The notes beneath the pieces were generated by a model. It was not told the origin of the DNA, did not search any database, and saw only the letters and a program-made list of their open reading frames with translations. Positions 56,516 through 64,000 of a stretch of 64,000 nucleotides of DNA are shown here, piece by piece. The DNA lies in assembly GCA_951406725.2 (NCBI GenBank), contig OX597820.1, positions 82,708,001-82,772,000 on the forward strand, in the 5' to 3' direction. The translations under genes and the position numbers were made by a program. Source of the DNA: Octopus vulgaris (taxonomy: Eukaryota). The number at the start of each line of letters is the position of its first letter. Positions within the stretch are counted from its first letter, which is position 1.

Positions 56516-58179
56516 TATATATATATATATATATCATACATATGAGAGGGTTTACCACTATGTGGATACCCTAATGATAGAAGTATACTCCTCATATATA
56601 TGTAATACTATTTACTGAATCTCAGTTTTTCAATATGCTAGACTACTGGTCTTAAATGGATGTTATCAAATTAATATCCAATTTTTCACCCTCATTTTAA
56701 TTTTAATTATACATATATATGTTCATTATTAGCGAAAGAAGTACTATTAGTTCACAATATTAATCTGTATGTTAGACTGAAAGCAGAAATCTTTGAAAGT
56801 CTACTAAACTGATATTCTTCCCGACAAATCATTTGTATAGTGTTAAAAAGCACTATATATACAATATCATAAAACAAGGAAAAATATCAGTAGCAGACGA
56901 AAATCGTCCTGCAGTGACAGTAGATTTGCTAAATACGTAATTCTGCTTCTTTAAGCTTTGCCAGTTGCAAGTATCTACCAACACCACATGCTAAGAAAAA
57001 ATAGGCCACAACTGATATAGTTAAACAGTGAATGAAAGATCACTGACGTCGCACTAGCTGGCAGATCATTAAAAAGTCATAGAATTAAATCTTGGTACAT
57101 ACGACAAACTTTCATTGTTAGTTGAATTAGTTTACCAATTACTAAATTAATTAGTATTATTCATTGACTAATCTAATTAAGTGATAATAAATCAGCTGTT
57201 AATTATAGTAATTTCCTGTGTGTTATTGCAGTATAATACGACAAAGTACTACAATAACCATTTTAATACAATTTTGTATCAAGAACTTGCAGTACATAAT
57301 CCACACGCACCTATACACCACACACACACATACGTGTATATGAGTGCCTGTTGACTAGAATCGACAGTCATATTTGTAAAAAAATAACTGTAGATGATAT
57401 AGTGATTCGTTAGCATGATGACGAAAATATACAATTAAAGGACATGTCCAAGATTCCCTTTCCAGCCACCCGACAACTACCATGTGGCTAACCAGATAGT
57501 CTCTGCTTTTATCGCCTTGATTACAATTTCTCTTCCATAGCATTAAAAAAATGCTACAAAACTGGTAGCAATTCTTAATCGTTGATGGATGATACTCCGT
57601 CACTAAAACGAATAACCTGCTGTTTTCTTGTCTTTTGAAGCTTGAGTCATAATTTGCGCTTGGTACGAAGTGTTTCCTAAAATACCTATGCTTCAAATTT
57701 TGAGTACTTTTCATCTGCTTGCATTTGTACACACACACACATGCATGCATTATACACCATGTCGGATTGTCACTGACTATTTTGATTACATTTACCTTTT
57801 GAAAGATTTCGTATTTCATTTTGATCCGTTTTCCTGTGTTCAAAATTCACAGTTCTTCTTAGTCATGTTTAGTAGTGTTGTCTGATTAGTATATATGTAT
57901 TTGCTATGTGTATGTATGTGTTATGTTTAGTTTCTATATTTGATTTCGTTGAAGTTTCTTGGCTGTATATTAATTGAGTATTTAGGGTCATTTCATCTTT
58001 AATCTTCAAGACGGTATACATATTGTATAATTTTTCAGAAACATTACTCTGTGTATGAAAACATATTATACATATATGACATATATTATATAGATTATAC
58101 ATATATTATATATATACAATTATACAATTAATACTATATATATTATACATATATATACAATCTATTTATCATCATGTAT

Positions 58180-58370
58180 TTTTCGGTACATTGTGTCCAC
58201 GCACCACGGTATTTGAAATTTTCAACTACCTTCAGCGACTTACCGTCTCTCTCTTTCACTGACACAGGCATTTCGTGGTTGAATACTTGTAGCTCTCTTT
58301 TCTTTTCGTTACAGTACAGTCCTACCTTCCCCGATTCTAAAACTGCTAAATCGTTTTCACTTCCACACAA
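58180..58370 (-). mobile_element. RTE-type LINE RT fragment
   Basis: KVGLYCNEKK..LKVVENFKYRGAW. Confidence 0.7.
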
Positions 58371-58632
58371 TGTTGCAAAGTTGACGGGAAACAGACGATG
58401 TAGTGTTACTCATTTTGTTAAATACTATTGTTGTAGTTTTTCAAGATCAAGCAGTGACACCTTTCTGCGTCCATTGAATCTATTCAAAATAAAAGCAACA
58501 GTGTCCCTCTACCGTAGGCGTGGTAGGAAGTTTGCTTCTCAGCCGTATAATTCAGTCTCACGGTGCGGAACATAAGGCAAACCGTCTACTATAGGTCCGG
58601 GTTGACTAAAGCTTTCAGGGCAACATAAAAAA

Positions 58633-58852
58633 TTCCAATGCCAAATATACCGAAAACAGACTTAAATCGTCAATAACCAGATATAATTCATCACTATAAG
58701 CACGCGTCCCGATGCAAGCCGACAGAAATTTCTAAAAAAATTCCGTTATCACCGAAATTTCTGTCGGCTTGCTTCGGGACGCGTGCTTATAGTGATGAAT
58801 TATATGTGGTTATTGAGGATTTAAGTCTATTTTTGGCATATTTGGCATTGGA
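58633..58852. repeat. Inverted repeat, ~98-bp arms, ~22-bp loop
   Basis: TTCCAATGCCAAATAT...GCAAGCCGACAGAAATTTC versus GAAATTTCTGTCGGCTTGC...ATATTTGGCATTGGAA. Confidence 0.9.
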
Positions 58853-59630
58853 AATATTTTCTTTTACCCTTATTTATAAGTTTATAAATTTAACCTTAAA
58901 AGGTATTTTTTTATTTGCTTGCTTCTGATAAAATTTTTTCGAAAATGTTATCCTATATTAGATATATATATATACACACACACACAGAGGGAGAGGTGAA
59001 ACTACCTTTATTCACGAGTCTACTTGATCGATTACCTACAGCTTAAAGAGATGAAGTCATTTGGTATGGTAAAGAATGGAACCTGTGCATTGGGAAACAA
59101 ATCAAAATACCGCTGTCTGTGGAGACCAAAACTCACTCCCGAAATTTACCATCATGTAAACATTCTTCAAATACCCATCAACAGATTCCTTTATTCGTTA
59201 TATTTCGTGTTCATTCTAAAATATTACTTGTCAGGGAGAACGGCGTCTGGTTAATTTGTTTCTCAACAATTTTAATAAATGTATGTATGCATGTATGTAT
59301 GAATGTATGCGTGTGTATGTATATTGTATGTCATGAATATCTGTGTGCATGTATGTGTGTGTATGCGTGTATATATATATACATATATACATATAAATAC
59401 ATAAATAGCTAAATACATACACATAAATCTGTACAAGCGATCACATGCACACGCACGCGCAAGGGAGTCTGTTGTGATTTTGTCAATGATTTTCTTGAGA
59501 TGAATCTCTGCTTTATAGTGTTTATTGTGGTGATGGGGTCAAAGCAGACAGGAGTTAAGACGGGAAATTGCTTCATATGTATATAGATATATATATGTGT
59601 GTGATATATACATGTGTGTGTTGATGGATG

Positions 59631-59682
<52 letters not shown>

Positions 59683-60285
59683 TGTATGTGTATTCCATAC
59701 ATACACAGAGACACACACAATCATATATAAGCATGTATTATATGCTGTTCATATTCATGTGTTTGTGTGCGTATAGGTATGGGTATGTGTGTGCGCGCGT
59801 ATATGTGTGTGTGTATATTTGTGTGTGTGTGTGTGTGTATGTGTTGTGCTGTCCCCTAAGGCAATGAAGAGCTGCGGTCATGTTTGAAAAAATGTGAAAG
59901 ATGACTAATGATTTTCTTAGAAACATGAAGGAGATTTAACAATAAGTTTATTCCGTAGAGGAATTAATAATGTATCTTAAAAGGAACATGGCGAATCTAT
60001 TTTTCTCATTACATTTGCCAACACTATATTCATTTTGTAAAGAGAAAATGCCAGTGTCGTTCAAGTGACATAAATACGCTTGGAAGGATTCCAAACGTTA
60101 GTTTCTTCTAAAGGGGAATGGTAATTGAAAACAAGATTGGATAAGTGGGTGGGTAGCGACGAAAAAGTGGTGATGAGATTCAACGGTCTTGTGCATAGAT
60201 CTAAACCGCTGGATATATTTGTATCTGGGTGTGTGCGCGTACATGTATGTAAATATATGACTGTATTATATATACATACACACAT

Positions 60286-60515
60286 GAAGGCGGCGAGCTG
60301 GCAGACACGTTAGCGCGTCGGGTGAAATGCTTAGTGGTATTTCGTCTGTCGTTACGTTCTGAGTTCAAATTCCGCCGAGGTCGACTTTACCTTTCATCCT
60401 TTCGGGGTCGATAAATAAATTACCAGTTTCACACTGGTGTTGATGTAATCGACTTAATCCCTTTGTCTGTCCTAGTTTGTCCCCTCTATGTTTAGCCCCT
60501 TGTGGGCAATAAAGA
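60286..60515 (+). mobile_element. SINE family A, full length
   Basis: AAGGCGGCGAGCTGGCAGA head through AGCCCCTTGTGGGCAATAAAGAAAT tail. Confidence 0.93.
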
Positions 60516-60538
60516 AATATATATACATACACACACAT

Positions 60539-60601
<63 letters not shown>

Positions 60602-60619
60602 TGTATATATAACGCACCA

Positions 60620-60975
60620 TTCTCCGAGCCTTCCGGCAACTCCAGTCCGTCCCCTCCATCTCGCACATATTCCCTAACCTACCCGTTTCCGCCTTCAAAC
60701 GAGCCCACAACCTGCGTGACACCTGGTCCTCAGTTTTTTTCCATGCCATCGCCTCCCAACATGGATCCTTTCACTGCTGCTGCCCACGCTGTTGCAGTTG
60801 CCCCTACCTCTCCAACACCATCATCCTCAAAGGTACCCATTACCGTCCCTATCACGTCACCGACTCCTTTACCCGCACCTCTAGTAATGTCAATTACTGC
60901 ATCTCCTGCTCTCCCTGTCCTTCCCTGTGCATTAGTCAAAGGGGACACCGCTTGACTGACCGCTTGTCGAAAATA
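60620..60975 (+). mobile_element. Penelope-like GIY-YIG endonuclease fragment
   Basis: HIFPNLPVSAFKRAHNLRD..C..RC..C..SFTRTSSNVNYCISCSPCPSLCISQRGHRLTDRL (frameshifted). Confidence 0.8.
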
Positions 60976-60984
60976 GTAATGCAA

Positions 60985-61430
60985 AGATCCTACGAAATTT
61001 TATGATTCAGTGCGACCATGAGATAGAGAATAGGAAGCCGGATAATAGTCTTAACTGAGAAAGAAAACAAACTATGTTGGATCATTGATATAGCATGCCC
61101 AGCTGACAACAAGGTATGCGATAAGGAAGAAAGAAGAGTCGAGAAATATGACAGGTTAGCTTGGGAAGTTAAGAAGCTGTGGTCAATGAAAAATGTAGCA
61201 GTAGTACTAATAATTGTCGGAGCCCAGGGAACAGTGAGCAAGAATCTCGAGAAGTACGTGGAACAAATAGAGGCTGCAATAAGGGTGGAACGCTTGCAGA
61301 AAACAGCACTGCTAGGAACCGCTCGAATACTTCGGAAGGTGCTCGAAAAATAAGCGGTGTTACCTTACTTCACAGGTAGTGAACAGCTAACAGTGTAATG
61401 CATGTCCAGCGTTAGAAGCTGTGCAAAGGC

Positions 61431-61478
<48 letters not shown>

Positions 61479-61487
61479 AATAATAAT
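60985..61487 (+). mobile_element. Dong/R4-type LINE 3' fragment with (CAA)n(TAA)n tail
   Basis: RKPDN..CWIIDIACPAD..KYDRLAWEVKKLW..LQKTALLGTARILRKVLEK*. Confidence 0.88.
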
Positions 61488-61648
61488 TCTTTCTACTTAA
61501 GGCACATCGACTCTAGTGTTTCGCTGGTACTTTACCGACCCCGAAAGGATGAAAGGCAAAGTCGAACTTGGTGGATTTTGAACTTAGAACGTAACGACGG
61601 ACGAAATGTCGCCTAGAATTTTGCCCAGCGCGCTAATGATTCTGCCCT
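61488..61648 (-). mobile_element. SINE family A, partial
   Basis: GACCCCGAAAGGATGAAAGGCAAAGTCG. Confidence 0.82.
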
Positions 61649-61650
61649 AT

Positions 61651-62221
61651 GCAGTACCAGGCAGTGGCTCTCATGGCTTTGAATCATAACTGCGTGGAAA
61701 TGTTAGAATGTACGTGTTAAGTCTAGGTATAAAAAGATAGGCTACAGCGAATATTCTACTCATTACCACAGATTTACTGGTCAGTATCTTGGCCATAACC
61801 AGTTGAGCATGTACCTTAGTGGCTGATGATATGTGCATTACTGATCATAGTGGGGGAGCATCATAACCATGTGTTAAGATGTATTCTTTGGGGGTTGAAT
61901 AATTCACCTCTGGAAACATGGGTGTTTCGTTCAACATCCTTAAACAAGCGTTATTCAAGGGGACTTTTGAGTAGGATGGGCTACTCGACCTCAAGAAAAT
62001 TCTAACTGGCCCCCACCTACAAGGTCATGCAATTTTTCTCTTGATATGAGATCCCCATGTCTCGCACAGTATACAGATGGTTGTGATGTAGGTGTCTGGT
62101 GTACCCTTATTAGACGTGTAGTCATGATCGGTATATTGGGCTTCGTATATTTTGTCCCAGTGTCACTTTGATGACACTCACTCACTCGATAATAATAATA
62201 ATAAAAATAATAATAATAATG

Positions 62222-62270
<49 letters not shown>
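61651..62270 (+). mobile_element. Non-coding (AAT)n-tailed retroposon (family C), long copy
   Basis: 3' ~340 bp match 13312-13648 in reverse; tail at 62188-62270. Confidence 0.82.
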
Positions 62271-62273
<3 letters not shown>

Positions 62274-62283
62274 ACGCATACAT

Positions 62284-62330
<47 letters not shown>

Positions 62331-62392
62331 TATACATAGATATGTATATATGTATATATATATAAGCGTATTTATATGTATATATATATGCA

Positions 62393-62427
<35 letters not shown>

Positions 62428-62447
62428 ACATATATACAAATACATAC

Positions 62448-62491
<44 letters not shown>

Positions 62492-62691
62492 TATGTCTGT
62501 ATACTGTTCCATGGAGTTAGGATCAACAAGAACAGTACTATATTTTGTGAGAGATAAATATTGTTTGATAAACACCATACATATTTTCATGCGATGAAAA
62601 TGACTCAGACAACATTTTATAATATACTCAAAGCGTAGCCTGAAGATTCCATGAAGGCATTAGGCGTGTTAAAAGAGACAAAAGAAGCGTG

Positions 62692-63297
62692 TTTACTGAA
62701 AAATAATGTTTATCGCCATCTAAACATAGACGTTCTCTAAGAACAAACTGCTATTTTGACTGCTGGAGGAGGCCCCTTCCAGTTGCTTATTTAGTGCGCT
62801 TCGCACTCTTTGTATATTGCAAGCGGGGAGAAAACTCTCTACTATGCCAGCCATCGAGATCTCCAGACTGCGCGGTTTCGACCTTTTATGGTCATCGTTG
62901 GTAATGGATACTCTCCAGCTAGACACAGCAGTAGTTCATCTCCAGCTTAAAATAAACAGAAAATAAGTGGCACAAAGTTACTGATTCTGCAAGAAGCAAA
63001 CCAGTTCGTTACGAAAATCTCTATAAGAGACGAAAGCAGCATTTATACTGAGAATAATGTTTATTGTCATCTAGACATGGGTGTCCTCTAAGAACACCCG
63101 ATACTGCTATTTTAAACCCAGTAGGGCGCCTCCTCTTGTGGTTATTCAGTGCACTTTACCTTCAATATATATTTTAAGTGGAAAGAGAACTCTGTGCTAT
63201 TGCAGCTATCGAGACGGCGTGGTTTCAACCTCATCATGGCCATGCTTGGTGATGGATACTCATCCGCTAGGCATAGTAGTAGTTCACCCCAGCTTGC
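62692..63297. repeat. Diverged direct tandem duplication, period ~351 bp
   Basis: AATAATGTTTAT at 62702 and 63053; both units end GTAGTTCA.C.CCAGCTT. Confidence 0.85.
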
Positions 63298-64000
63298 AAT
63301 ATATTGAAAATAAGTGATACACAGTCTCTCTCTCTCTCTCTGTCACACTGTCCTTCTCTCTCTCTTTATATATATATATATACACACACACACATAAAAT
63401 GCACACAAACATATGTTCTTAATTATGCACAAAATATGAGAACAATTTTTAAAATTTCTAATCTTTTCTTATTCCCTAAATTTTGATTTTCTATTTTTAA
63501 TATTCTATAAAATGGACTTATACATCGAAAGGTTTATAAATGTCACTCAATGTTACATATTAAAAATAATCTTTAAACATACTTGCACGCTCTTTCCACC
63601 TATATTTTTAGCCATAACTTTTGATTTGCTTAGATGTTTAACCCCTTTTCAAATATACATACATACACACACATACATACATACACACACACACAAAGAC
63701 AGACAGACACACACACACACATACATACACACACACTTACAGACACATATACACACATTCACACACTCATTCACATATTCAACATGTGTGTCATATATAT
63801 ATATATATATATATATATACAGTGTGTGGGGGTGAGAGAGAGAGAGAAAAAGAGAATGTGTGGAAATTATTCGGAGAACGAGGAAGTTTACAATAAGAAA
63901 AGCGTAAATGAAAGAGACTAATAGAGAGGGAAAGATATATTCTGTTGTCACATATTTTCAAATTTTGAAATTTAGCGAAAATTTTCAAATTTTGCTATGT

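Noticed and set aside
57355-57843. 162-aa minus-strand ORF
   Set aside because: No recognisable domain, includes a (TG)n stretch; probably chance or a LINE remnant.
60488-60984. Pro/Thr-rich 155-aa ORF and opposite Gly/Val-rich ORF
   Set aside because: Off-frame readings of a C-rich PLE GIY-YIG fragment preceded by (CA)n.

Overview
Eukaryotic, AT-rich, repeat-saturated DNA with very dense (TA)n/(CA)n/(TAA)n/(TATC)n microsatellites and hundreds-of-bp SINEs. The repeat landscape resembles an octopus (cephalopod) genome; this is inference from SINE and MITE sequences as I recall them, not a database result. I find no intact host protein-coding gene. Most listed ORFs are microsatellite translations or decayed transposon frames. 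Recognisable content: a decayed Helitron, two mariner copies plus a Tc1-like fragment, a hAT-like DNA transposon with long TIRs, several Dong/R4-type (restriction-like endonuclease) LINE pieces stacked in (TAA)n tracts, Penelope-like elements (PLEs), CR1/RTE/APE-type LINE remnants, several SINE families, and a 5S rRNA-headed SINE-like chimera. Three less obvious structures stand out. (1) A ~5 kb degenerate tandem array of a ~54-bp hairpin-forming unit (about 20.6-26.25 kb). (2) About a dozen minimal type-I hammerhead-ribozyme motifs, several arranged as outward-facing pairs in inverted repeats (non-autonomous foldback PLE derivatives), with a near-intact pair at 19.3-20.06 kb. (3) A ~350-bp tandem dimer with one decayed hammerhead-like motif per unit (retrozyme-like). 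All coordinates were read by eye; boundaries of decayed elements are approximate.
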